NCBI GenBank assembly: GCA_025359505.1
Contig: JANYHH010000005.1
Coordinates: 14,376-78,375, forward strand
DNA: 64,000 nucleotides
Direction of reading: 5' to 3'
From: Deinococcales bacterium
GTDB taxonomy: Bacteria; Deinococcota; Deinococci; Deinococcales; JAAFIG01
Shown: positions 53,464 through 63,100 of the stretch, piece after piece
Layout: the number at the start of each line of letters is the position of its first letter
How positions within the stretch are numbered: the first letter of the stretch is position 1
Position numbers and translations under genes: made by a program
Notes under the pieces: generated by a model
The model's database searches: none
Seen by the model: only the letters and a program-made list of their open reading frames with translations
What the model was told of the DNA's origin: nothing

Positions 53464-53507
53464 TTATCCACAGACTTGGGATAACTCTGTGGATAAGCTG
53501 TGGATAA
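53464..53507. promoter_or_regulatory. Cluster of three perfect DnaA boxes (plus one degenerate box)
   Basis: TTATCCACA at 53464-53472, TGTGGATAA at 53488-53496, and TGTGGATAA at 53499-53507. The degenerate TTGGGATAA is at 53476-53484. Confidence 0.7.
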
Positions 53508-53512
53508 CCCAA

Positions 53513-53917
53513 TCAGTTGATGACTCGAGGCTGCCCGGCTTGGCTCGAGTACCCGTCTGGCACGGGTAGAGCGAATTCTGGTAGCGCGACCTCGAAGGGT
53601 TGGCCGCTGCTGTCTGAAAACGTGTAGTGCCCGCCCATGCTGCCGGGTGGTCGCTGGATCGGCACGCCGCTGTGATATTCAAAACGCTCGCCGGGTGCGA
53701 TCACGGGCTGCTCACCGACGACGCCTTCGCCGTCCACCTCGTGCGTTTCGCCGTTGCCATCGCAGATCACGAAATGCCGCCGAAGTAACCGTACTGAGCT
53801 GCTGCCCGTGTTGGTGAACGTCACGAAGTAGACGTAAAACTGACTGTTGGCACTGCTGTGACCGGGCGAATGCAGCACGCGGACGCTGACCTGCACGGAT
53901 TGGCTCGAGGGATTCAT
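53513..53917 (-). CDS. apaG: ApaG (DUF525) protein
   Basis: FYVYFVTFTNTGSSSVRLLRRHFVICDGNGETHEVDGEGVVGEQPVIAPGERFEYHSG is the ApaG beta-sandwich signature. Confidence 0.8.
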   Translation of the reverse strand: MNPSSQSVQVSVRVLHSPGHSSANSQFYVYFVTFTNTGSSSVRLLRRHFVICDGNGETHEVDGEGVVGEQPVIAPGERFEYHSGVPIQRPPGSMGGHYTFSDSSGQPFEVALPEFALPVPDGYSSQAGQPRVIN

Positions 53918-54031
53918 GCCAGCATTGTAGGGGTTTACTCTTCTGCAAACCCCGTGCGACACTCGAGGTACACGGAGCATCTCGAGCAGGTCACGGTCAT
54001 GCGAGGCGCTCAGGGCGTAGATTCAAGGAAT

Positions 54032-56608
54032 ATGTCTCGAGTGATGCGTAAACCTGAATTGATGAGTCCGGCTGGTGGCGAAGCGCAATTGTTCGCGGCC
54101 GTCGAAGCCGGTGCGGACGCGGTGTACTTTGGCTTGGAGGGGTTTAATGCTCGCGCCAAAGCGATGGCGTTCAACGCTGACAACTTGCCCGAGGTGATGA
54201 GTTACCTGCACGAGCGCGGCGTGATGGGGTTCGTGGCGGTCAACACGCTGATTTTTGACGATGAACTCTCAACCCTCGAGCGCGAGATCATCGGCATCGC
54301 CCAGAGCGGTGCGGACGCGGTGATCGTGCAGGACATCGGGGCAATAAAATTGATTCACGAGATCGCGCCGAGCTTAGCGATTCACGCCAGCACGCAGATG
54401 ACGATCACCAGCGCCGAAGGCGCGGAACTGGCACGGAGCTTGGGCGTCTCGAGAGCGGTGCTGGCCCGCGAATTGTCCCTCAAAGACATTGAACAAATCG
54501 CGCTTGCCACGACCCTCGAGCTGGAGACGTTTGTCCACGGGGCGCTGTGCGTGTCGTACTCCGGGCAGTGCTTCAGCTCTGAGGCTTGGGGCGGACGCAG
54601 CGCCAATCGCGGCGCGTGCGCTCAGGCGTGCCGAATGCCGTATGAACTGATCGTGGACGGCATGTGGCGCGACCTTGGGGAATACCGTTACCTACTCAGC
54701 CCGCAGGATCTTTACGCTTTGGAGCAAGTGCCGGAATTGACGCGCATCGGCGTGGACTGCCTGAAGATCGAGGGGCGCTACAAAGACGCCGAGTACGTCG
54801 CCGCCACGACCGCCGCCTACCGCAAGGCGATTGACAGCGCGTGGGACGCCATGCACGGGCAAGCTCGAGTTCCCAAACGCACGACGCGGGACGCTCGACT
54901 CCAGAAGCATTTCTTAGAGGGGGTCTACTCGAGGGGCTTGCAACCCGCGTTCATCAGTGGTGTGGATCATCAGAGCGTCGTGATCGGTCGCGCTCCGCGC
55001 CACCGTGGAACGAGGGTTGGCAGCGTCGTGGAGCTGAGCGAGCGGGGCGTTTGGGTGCGTTTAGAAGATGATTTCGTGGCGGGCGGCGTCGGCGTGTTGA
55101 AGCCGGGCGACGGACTCGTCTTCGATGCCGCCGCGTGGCGCAGCCCCGAGGAGCGCGAGGAGGGCGGGCAGATCTTTGAGATTTTCGCCGCCAAGGAGCA
55201 GCGCCTCGTGCGGCTCGAGGACAGTGAGGGGCAACAAGAAGTCGAGTTGCGCTTTGCGAACCGCCAGTTGCAGATGCGGCGCATCGCCCTCGGTGATTGG
55301 GTCTGGCGCAGCCGCGATCCCGAGATCGACCGCGATTTGCGCGTTTTTACGCAGGCAGGCGACGCGGTGGCCCGCAAGCCCGTGACGTGGCGGGTCAGCG
55401 GCGCGATTGGGCAACCGATGAGCGTAACGATCACCGATGAACATGGGCGCAGCGCGACCGCGCAGACGCTCGAGGTCTTGACACCAGCGCAGCGCCGCGC
55501 CCTCGACGAGCGCACCTTGGAGACTGAGTTGGGCAAACTCGGCGACACGCCATTTTATTTGGATGGTCTCGAGCTGGACATTCCCGACAACGCCTTCCTG
55601 CCTTTGAGCGCCTTGGGCAAAGCCCGCCGTGCAGCGCTCGAGGAGCTGATTGCACTGCGTCGCGCACCGCAGAGCCACGCCGCGCAGCGCGGCGTCCTCG
55701 AGCGATTGCGCCCGAGTCGCACGACCAGTCCCTCGAGCCAGCCAGAACTGAGCGTGCTGGTGCGGAAAGCCGATCAGCTCGAGGCCGCGATTGCGGCGCG
55801 ACCCGATGAGATCGTGCTGGATTATTTGGAGCTGTACGGTCTGCGCCCGAGCGTCGAGCGGATTTTGGAGAGCGGCATCAAGGCTGTGGTGGCGGGGCCG
55901 CGGATTCTCAAACCAAGTGAGGAGCGCATCCACAAATTCCTGCTCTCCCTGCCCGTCAGCGCAATTCTGGTGCGCTCGCTGGGTCTGCTGCACTCGCTGC
56001 TCGAGACCTCTGAACGACCTGCCCTGCACGGCGATTTCAGTCTGAACGCCGCGAACGGGTTAACGGCGCAGCACCTGCTGGACATGGGTTTAGCGAAGCT
56101 CGCGCCGACCCATGATCTCAACGCCGATCAGATCACTGAACTGACGCAGTTCATTGAGCCTAGTCAGCTCGAGGTGATCCTGCACCATCACCTGCCCGTC
56201 TTTCACACCGAGCACTGCGTGTTCTGCCGCTTCATGACGACCGGCACGGATCACACCAATTGCGGGCATCCGTGCGAATCCCACAGCCTCGCCCTGCGCG
56301 ACTCTCAAGGCAACGAGCATCCAGTGATGGCTGATGTCGGCTGCCGCAACACGGTTTTTGAGGCTCGAGCGCAAACGGGTGCAGCGCATCTAGAGGCTTG
56401 GCGCAAAGCGGGCATCCAGCGCTACCGTTTGGAGTTCGTGCAGGAGAGCGCCGATCAGGTCAGCGCGACTATTTCCTGCTATCGCCAAGCGCTCGAGGGT
56501 AAATTATCCTCGCGGCAACTCGAGCGCGAACTGGCGCTGCACGCGCCGCAAGGCATCACGCAGGGCAGTTTCATCGTGCCGCCCAGCGACCTACTGCCGA
56601 TGCTGTGA
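54032..56608 (+). CDS. Peptidase U32-family protein, long form
   Basis: KPELMSPAGG...AGADAVYFGL... and EGRYK are U32 signatures, with a roughly 850-aa architecture. The start is either 54032 or 54044. Confidence 0.85.
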   Translation: MSRVMRKPELMSPAGGEAQLFAAVEAGADAVYFGLEGFNARAKAMAFNADNLPEVMSYLHERGVMGFVAVNTLIFDDELSTLEREIIGIAQSGADAVIVQDIGAIKLIHEIAPSLAIHASTQMTITSAEGAELARSLGVSRAVLARELSLKDIEQIALATTLELETFVHGALCVSYSGQCFSSEAWGGRSANRGACAQACRMPYELIVDGMWRDLGEYRYLLSPQDLYALEQVPELTRIGVDCLKIEGRYKDAEYVAATTAAYRKAIDSAWDAMHGQARVPKRTTRDARLQKHFLEGVYSRGLQPAFISGVDHQSVVIGRAPRHRGTRVGSVVELSERGVWVRLEDDFVAGGVGVLKPGDGLVFDAAAWRSPEEREEGGQIFEIFAAKEQRLVRLEDSEGQQEVELRFANRQLQMRRIALGDWVWRSRDPEIDRDLRVFTQAGDAVARKPVTWRVSGAIGQPMSVTITDEHGRSATAQTLEVLTPAQRRALDERTLETELGKLGDTPFYLDGLELDIPDNAFLPLSALGKARRAALEELIALRRAPQSHAAQRGVLERLRPSRTTSPSSQPELSVLVRKADQLEAAIAARPDEIVLDYLELYGLRPSVERILESGIKAVVAGPRILKPSEERIHKFLLSLPVSAILVRSLGLLHSLLETSERPALHGDFSLNAANGLTAQHLLDMGLAKLAPTHDLNADQITELTQFIEPSQLEVILHHHLPVFHTEHCVFCRFMTTGTDHTNCGHPCESHSLALRDSQGNEHPVMADVGCRNTVFEARAQTGAAHLEAWRKAGIQRYRLEFVQESADQVSATISCYRQALEGKLSSRQLERELALHAPQGITQGSFIVPPSDLLPML

Positions 56609-56671
56609 ACCGCTCGAGGTGGAGGTAGCGTGCCTGATCGGGGATCGATTCTCTGTGGTGATTCTCATGGA

Positions 56672-57355
56672 TCACGGCTTCTTTTTAACCTCGAGAATCG
56701 GTTTAACAGCTTGAGGGGACTCGAGCCTGCCCTGTCTGCGCGGTGTGATGACGCCGTTCTCAATCGCCTTGGGTTGACGCTCGGTTGCCCGCAGCCCCGC
56801 GATCAGCGCCGCCATGCTCCGCGCCCACGGCACGCGCAGGTTGATACGCTTGTACTGCCAGTGATGCAGCACCAGCAGGTCGCCCGCGCCCAGATCGCTC
56901 AGTTCGACAAAGCGCCAGCGCAGCCCCTCGAGACGCGTGGCTTCGCTCGTCCCGCCCCGGGTCGCGTTGATGATCCCCTGCGGTTTCTTCGGGCCGCCCG
57001 CGCCGAGCATCAGTCGCACGAAGCGCTGCGTCACCAGCAGCGCCGCTGCACCGGCCGTACTGAACTCGCCGCTTGTCGACACGTCGTAGTAAACGACCCC
57101 GAGCGCGTGGGCGCACCAGTCCTCCTGCCACTCGAGCCGCCACGCTTGGCCGTAGACCGTCGGCGGTGGCGCGTCGTGGAACAAAGCGAAACCGTGCCGC
57201 TCCGGGAACGGCGCTTGACCCAGAAAATACGCCGTGATCTCCCCCGCGAGCTGTTCGTCAGCCGAACGCTGGGCACTGGACGCGGCGGGCAATTGCCTGA
57301 GGTGCATACGCGCCTTCAGTCTGGCATATCTCGAGGCGGCTCGAGCAGCGACCAC
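56672..57355 (-). CDS. Hypothetical protein
   Basis: 227-aa ORF with coding-like composition. No family recognised, and the start is uncertain (alternative at 57307). Confidence 0.45.
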   Translation of the reverse strand: MVAARAASRYARLKARMHLRQLPAASSAQRSADEQLAGEITAYFLGQAPFPERHGFALFHDAPPPTVYGQAWRLEWQEDWCAHALGVVYYDVSTSGEFSTAGAAALLVTQRFVRLMLGAGGPKKPQGIINATRGGTSEATRLEGLRWRFVELSDLGAGDLLVLHHWQYKRINLRVPWARSMAALIAGLRATERQPKAIENGVITPRRQGRLESPQAVKPILEVKKKP

Positions 57356-57405
57356 GTTTCCTTGATCCGCAGCGGATCACTGAAGGCGCGGTATGCTGGT
57401 CTGAT

Positions 57406-58590
57406 TTGAATACCTTAGCCCATCACCCGGACTGGACGCTGCCCGATTACGCGGGCGGCAGCATCCTCAACCTCGCCGCCAGCTTCGCAGATCACTTCGG
57501 GGTGAAAACATCACACCCGTTGTTGCGAAACGCGTTGCCGCTGGGGGGTGTGGAAACGGTCGTGTTGCTGATCGTCGATGGTCTGGGACAGTGGCAGTTA
57601 GACAAGCACATCAGCGACGGCGATGCGCCGAACCTCGATCACTTGATGCAAGACCACTCGCAGGTCATCACCAGCGTTTTCCCCAGCACCACCATGGCGG
57701 CCATCACCAGCATCCACACCGCTACCCCGCCCGCACAGAGCGGTTGGCTCGGGTACACGATGTGGCTCGAGGAAACCCAGACGCTGACCGAGATGATCGG
57801 CCAAGTGGACATGGCTTCTAAAAAGCCACTCGCGGATAAAAGCTTTTTATCAGCCGTGCCGAACATCTACTCGAGCTACGCGGCCACCGGCGTCAATGTC
57901 TACGCGGTGCAACCGCAAGGCTACCGTGGGTCGTGGCTCAACGAGTGGTACTGGCGCGGTGCGGCGCAGCTTGGCTACGTCAGCGCCAACACCTTGGGCA
58001 GCATCGCTTTGCCCGCGCTCGAGGTCAGTGGCAAGAAACTCGTCGTCTTATACTGGGCTGATTACGACAGCGTGTGTCACAAGCACGGCCCCTCGAGCGC
58101 GGCCGCTTCTGACGAGATCGCGGCTGTGGATCACGCGGTTGGGCGCTTGCTGGGGCGCTTACCCGGCGACGGCAAGACGGCGCTGGTCATCACGGCCGAT
58201 CATGGGCAGATTGACCTAGAGCCTGAAAAAACCGTTTATCTCGAGCGCGACCTGTGGCTTGTGGAGCGCCTGCTCAGCCCACCAGCGGGGGATCGGCTCT
58301 GCCGCACGTTTCGCGTGCAAACCAATCAACTCCAAACGGTGCGCGATCACCTGCGGCGTTACGGTGACGTGCTGGACGGCAGCGCCGCGTGGGAAGCGGG
58401 CTTATTTGGTGGAGCGCCAGCCTTTGAAACGTTTCGCTCGAGGGTCGGGGATCTGATTGTTCTGCCGCACACGGGGTCTCAGCTTTGCTGGACGTTCAGC
58501 GGTAAACAACCCTCAAAGCCGCACCGAGGTTCGCACGGTGGATTGTCGCACGCTCAGATGCGCGTACCGCTGCTGAGCAAGCGCGTATAA
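57406..58590 (+). CDS. Alkaline-phosphatase-superfamily protein (type I phosphodiesterase / nucleotide pyrophosphatase-like)
   Basis: LLIVDGLG...FPSTTMAAITSIHT...ITADHGQ...HGGLS. The ORF-track start is a TTG codon. Confidence 0.7.
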   Translation: MNTLAHHPDWTLPDYAGGSILNLAASFADHFGVKTSHPLLRNALPLGGVETVVLLIVDGLGQWQLDKHISDGDAPNLDHLMQDHSQVITSVFPSTTMAAITSIHTATPPAQSGWLGYTMWLEETQTLTEMIGQVDMASKKPLADKSFLSAVPNIYSSYAATGVNVYAVQPQGYRGSWLNEWYWRGAAQLGYVSANTLGSIALPALEVSGKKLVVLYWADYDSVCHKHGPSSAAASDEIAAVDHAVGRLLGRLPGDGKTALVITADHGQIDLEPEKTVYLERDLWLVERLLSPPAGDRLCRTFRVQTNQLQTVRDHLRRYGDVLDGSAAWEAGLFGGAPAFETFRSRVGDLIVLPHTGSQLCWTFSGKQPSKPHRGSHGGLSHAQMRVPLLSKRV

Positions 58591-58650
58591 TCTCAAGTCA
58601 GACGTGCGTACCGTTCTCTACACTATTCAACAACGCGGTGATCTCGAGCG

Positions 58651-59208
58651 ATGACCGACTCGGGCGCTCCGTCATTCAAGCGCTTTGAGGTCGAACTGCG
58701 CCCCGTGACCCAGATGTCGGTCGCGGACTGGCAGCGCTTTCATCGGTACTTCAAAGACCGCGAGATCGCCAAACTGAACGGTGCAAGCCCAATTTTCCTA
58801 CCGCTTTGGCTGTTCAAACGTATCGTGCTGGGCGAGGAAAAAAGCGGCGAGCGGATTGGTTACGCGATTTACGTCGCGCAGAGTTTCGTTGGCAGCGTCG
58901 AATTTTACGATCTCAACGAGCGGACGCGTCAAGCGGTGCTGGGGATTTTGATTGGCGAGAAAGCCCTGTGGGGCAAAGGCTACGGCACGGTCGCGGTGCG
59001 TTTAGCGCTCGAGCTGATATTTCAGATCCACAAATTTGAGCGCATTCACTTGCAAACCTTGGATCACAACGCCCGCGCAAGGAAAAGTTTCGAGCGGGTT
59101 GGGTTTCACCTGACTGGCTTGGCTGACGCGGGCAAGCAGCGCTTCGCGCATTACCAAATCACGAAGATAGAATGGTTAGCGCTAAACAATAGCCAATCGC
59201 AACCTTAA
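58651..59208 (+). CDS. GNAT-family N-acetyltransferase
   Basis: LGILIGEKALWGKGYGTVAVRLALE...N.RARKSFERVGF (acetyl-CoA binding motif A region). Confidence 0.75.
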   Translation: MTDSGAPSFKRFEVELRPVTQMSVADWQRFHRYFKDREIAKLNGASPIFLPLWLFKRIVLGEEKSGERIGYAIYVAQSFVGSVEFYDLNERTRQAVLGILIGEKALWGKGYGTVAVRLALELIFQIHKFERIHLQTLDHNARARKSFERVGFHLTGLADAGKQRFAHYQITKIEWLALNNSQSQP

Positions 59209-59545
59209 AACCAGTTCCTCGAGACCAAAAAACACCTATTGGTCACGCACAGCTCGAGCACCTTCATCGACTCGAGCTGCACCCGAAAAAGGCGATGGTA
59301 AAGGCGTTTAATTGACTTTTGAGTGATCGCGGTGATCCTCGAGATGTCGATTTTCACGCGCTGCGGCGCTCAACTAGCTTGCGCGTTTAAAAATTGTGCT
59401 ACGCTTTTTTCAGTGCCTGTCCAATTGGTGAATGCCAAACGCAGTTCTTGCCGTGTGAATCCAGTGGCGATGTCAGCCCCGGGGACGCCCCAAGAACAGC
59501 GGGATGGGTATGTGTGGAGTTCCGCCGGAAAGGGGGTGTCACCAC

Positions 59546-59890
59546 ATGGCAAAAGAAACCGCTAAGAAAGCTGCTCCAGCCGCGAAAGCCGCTGCGAAGC
59601 CAGCCGCCAAACCAGCCGCGAAAGCCGCTGCCAAGCCCGCTGCGAAAGCGGCAGTCAAGCCAGCCGCGAAAGCCGCTGTCAAGCCAGCCGCGAAACCAGC
59701 CGCAAAAGCCGCTGCCAAGCCAGCCGCGAAGAAAGCCGCTGCCAAACCAGCCGCGAAGCCTGCTGCGAAAGCTGCTGCCAAGCCAGCCGCAAAAGCCGCA
59801 GTCAAGCCTGCTGCGAAGAAAGTGGCCGCAAAACCAGCCGCGAAAGCCGCTGCCAAGCCAGCCGCCAAGAAAGCTCCAGCCAAGAAGTAA
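59546..59890 (+). CDS. Lys/Ala/Pro-rich histone H1-like repetitive protein
   Basis: MAKETAKKAAPAAKAAAKPAAKPAAKAAAKPAAK... with a GGAAAGGGGG RBS region, followed by a strong terminator. Confidence 0.7.
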   Translation: MAKETAKKAAPAAKAAAKPAAKPAAKAAAKPAAKAAVKPAAKAAVKPAAKPAAKAAAKPAAKKAAAKPAAKPAAKAAAKPAAKAAVKPAAKKVAAKPAAKAAAKPAAKKAPAKK

Positions 59891-59901
59891 GCTTTGTTTT
59901 G

Positions 59902-59932
59902 AAAAACCCCCACAAACTTGTGGGGGTTTTTT
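59902..59932 (+). terminator. Rho-independent terminator
   Basis: AAAAACCCCCACAA-ac-TTGTGGGGGTTTTTT. Confidence 0.85.
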
Positions 59933-59953
59933 ACGGCGTCACAGCAAATTTCA

Positions 59954-59987
59954 CTTTGATTGAGAATTCTTAAATTCTCAATCAAAG
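59954..59987. repeat. AT-rich palindrome (15-bp arms, 4-nt loop)
   Basis: CTTTGATTGAGAATT-ctta-AATTCTCAATCAAAG. Confidence 0.8.
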
Positions 59988-60104
59988 GCGAGCGTCGTGC
60001 CCATGCACGCAAGGCGTGACGCGAGTAGAAACAAGACAGCGGTCGAATCGCAGTTGAGAAAAAAGCCCTCTTTTTTCTCAACGAAGATGAAAACCGCTGT
60101 CAGT

Positions 60105-63100
60105 TCAATTCACGCTGCGCTGACCCTGACTCGAGCCGCCACGCTGCTCCCACGGTTTCGGAGCGGGTGCGTATTTGGCCAGCACCTTGTCTCCATCGAT
60201 GCCCAGCCCGATCTTCAACCACGCGCAGGTGATTTTCAGACGTTCCAATGTCTCGAGTGTCGCCCGCTGCGCCAACTCCCAATCCTCGTAACCGTCGGCG
60301 CTGACCACGCGCACGCGAATCGGGATGTTCTGCACGCCTTCTTGCACCTGCAACAAATCATCCAACGTTGAAAACACATCGGGACTAACGACCGCCAAAT
60401 TAACCTCGAGCGCCAAGATTTTGGGTAAGTCCTTGGCATCCTCGTACAGCACGAGTTCCTCGACGGTCACGCGCACGCCTTCGTCACCGTCGGGTTCGAT
60501 CTCGACGATCACCAGAGCGGGCGAGTCTTCTTGGAGCTTTGGATTGATCTTGTCGTATGCGCGGCTGAATGCCACCAACTCCGCCGCGCCCACATCATCG
60601 GTTAAGACAAACCGCGCCATCATCCCGCCAGATTTGGTCGGCTTGCGCTGAATCCCCGAGATCATCCCGACCAGCACCGCCCGCTTGCGTCCCTTGTAGC
60701 CGACGGGTGCGCTTGACGTGCGAAACCAGCCCTCAATTTGCGGCACGCGGCACGACGCCGCCTCGAGCATCCCGGGGTAATGCTCCAACGGATGCCCGCT
60801 AATGTACAAGCCGACCGCCTCTTTTTCAAATTGCAGAGCCTGAATCGCCCGGGCCCTCGCCTCCTCCTCGTCACGCGGCGCAGGCAGCACGCGCAACTTC
60901 GGTTCGGGCGCGACGAGTGCCATGCCGAACAAACTGTCCATGCCCTGATTGGCCATGCTCGCCTGCCCCGCCGCGTACTCGAGCGCTTCTTCCGCTGACT
61001 CGAGCACCGCTTCCCTCGCGCCGAACGCGTCAAACGCGCCAGCCTTCACCAGATTCTCGAGTGACCGCCGATTCACGCCCGCGCCGTGCATCCTCGAGCA
61101 GAAATTCGCCAAGCTCTTAAAGTTCCCGCCGCGCTCGCGCTCCTCCAAGAGTTGCAGCACCGACTCCTCGCCCAAGCCTTTGACGGCAAACAACCCAAAC
61201 AAGATCTGATCGCCCTGCACCTTGAAATCTGGATTGGATCGGTTGATGTCCGGCGGCAGCACCTGAATCAGTGCGCCACTCTCGAGCCTCGTCTGGCGGG
61301 CGTCGTTGATGTACTCCGCGACTTTCTCAGAGTTACGGCGCTCTACGGTCAGTAATGCCGCCATAAACTCGACTGGATAGTGCGCTTTAATGTATGCTGT
61401 TTGAAAAGATATGAAAGCATAAGCTGCTGAATGTGATTTATTGAACCCATAATTGGCAAACTTCTCGAGAATACCGAACAAACGCTCAGATTCATCTTTC
61501 GGTATTTTGTTCGCTTCTTTAGCACCAGAGACAAACTTAATACGCTCTTTTTCCATCTCCTCCAATTTCTTTTTTCCCATTGCTCTCCGAAGTAAATCGG
61601 ATTGCCCCAGCGAATACCCCGCGACCGCACTGGCAATCTGCATGATCTGCTCTTGATAGACAGGAATTCCATACGTTTCCTCGAGAATCGGGCGCAGCAG
61701 CGGCTCGCAGGTCGGCAGGTTGAACTCACCCGCGTCGTACCGCACCGCCTCGCGCCCGTGATGACGCTCGATGTACGCGGGAATGTTCTCCATCGGGCCC
61801 GGTCGGTACAAGGCGGAGAGCGCGTTGATGTCTTCAATGCGGCGCGGTTTTAATTTCCGCGCCGCATCGGTAATCCCTCCACCCTCGAGTTGAAAAATCC
61901 CTTTGGTTTCGCCCCTCGAGACCACTTCATAGGCTTTCTCGTCGTCCAGCGGGAAATCGTCTGGCTCGAGGCTGATACCCTTAGAATCTTTGATGATCCG
62001 CACGGCTTCCTCCAAGAAAGACAATGTGCGAAGTCCGAGGAAATCCATTTTGATCAGCCCGATGTCCTCGACGCTGTTCATGTCGTACTGGCAGACCACG
62101 CCTTCGTCGCCGCCCGCTCGCATCAGCGGCACGAGGTTGTCTAAGCGCTCGCGCCCGATAATCACGCCCGAGGCGTGGACGCTCGAGTGCCGCGTCAGCC
62201 CTTCCAGATTCTGCGCGATCTCGAAGACTTTACGGGCGTTTTTACTTTCGTCGAGCATCTTTTGAATGTCAGGCACGGTCTCGCGGGCTTTCTCGAGCGA
62301 TAAGGCGCGACCGAAAACGACCGGCACGAGCTTACTGAGCTTATCGGCTTCCTGATACGGCAACTCGAGCACCCTCGCCACATCTTTAAAGCAGGCTCTC
62401 GAAGACATCGTTCCGTAAGTGGAGATCATCGCCACTTTGTCGTCACCGTACTTGTCGCGCACGTAGTTGATGACCTCGTTGCGGCGCGTGTCGCTAAAGT
62501 CCACGTCGAAATCCGGCATCGACACGCGGTCGGGGTTCAAGAAACGCTCGAACAATAAGCCGTAACGCAGCGGGTCGAGGTTTGTGATCCGCAGCGCATA
62601 GGCGACCAAGCTGCCCGCACCTGAGCCGCGCCCCGGCCCGACGCGAATCCCCTGACCCTTCGCCCAGTTGATGAAATCCGCGACGATCAAGAAGTAATCG
62701 GGAAAGCCCATGCGAATGATCACGCCACTCTCGTACTCGGCGCGGCGCAGCACCACCAAGCCCTGCCCCAGTCGCTCGCTCGAGTCAGCCTCGAGTTGAT
62801 CCAACGCGGGGTACGGCGTGTACTTCGCGGCTGTCTCGAGACCGAGTTCGACCCATTCAGAACCCAAGAATGCCAACAGCAGGTACATTTGCTCCAAGCT
62901 CGCCTCGAGCGGGCGCACCCCGGCGCGGCGCAGCACCTCGGCGCGGCGGTCTGGCTCGAGGTGTCCCAAGCTCACAGAGGCGTACTCGCGCAGCAGCGCC
63001 AGTGTGAACACATCGCTGTACCGCGCCTGCGTGCCTCGGTAGACCTGCACGCGTAGCTCCTCCGCCATGCTGCGCCCCTCGGGAATCGGCAAGGCGGGCA

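Noticed and set aside
53268-53512. The DnaA-box cluster read as the chromosomal origin (oriC)
   Set aside because: There are only three to four boxes, no obvious AT-rich unwinding element with 13-mer-type repeats, and no dnaA, dnaN or rpmH neighbours. I kept it as a DnaA-box cluster of unknown role.
57406-58590. The alkaline-phosphatase-superfamily gene read as a PglZ component of a BREX-type defence system
   Set aside because: No other BREX genes (methylase PglX, BrxC ATPase, BrxL) are adjacent. The neighbours are housekeeping-type genes, so a generic phosphodiesterase or pyrophosphatase-family enzyme is more likely.
59570-59880. A regular short-period repeat array that could be mistaken for a CRISPR or other non-coding array
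   Set aside because: The repeats are in frame and degenerate, and they encode the AKPAAK protein repeats of an ORF that has its own RBS and terminator. There are no spacer-like unique segments.
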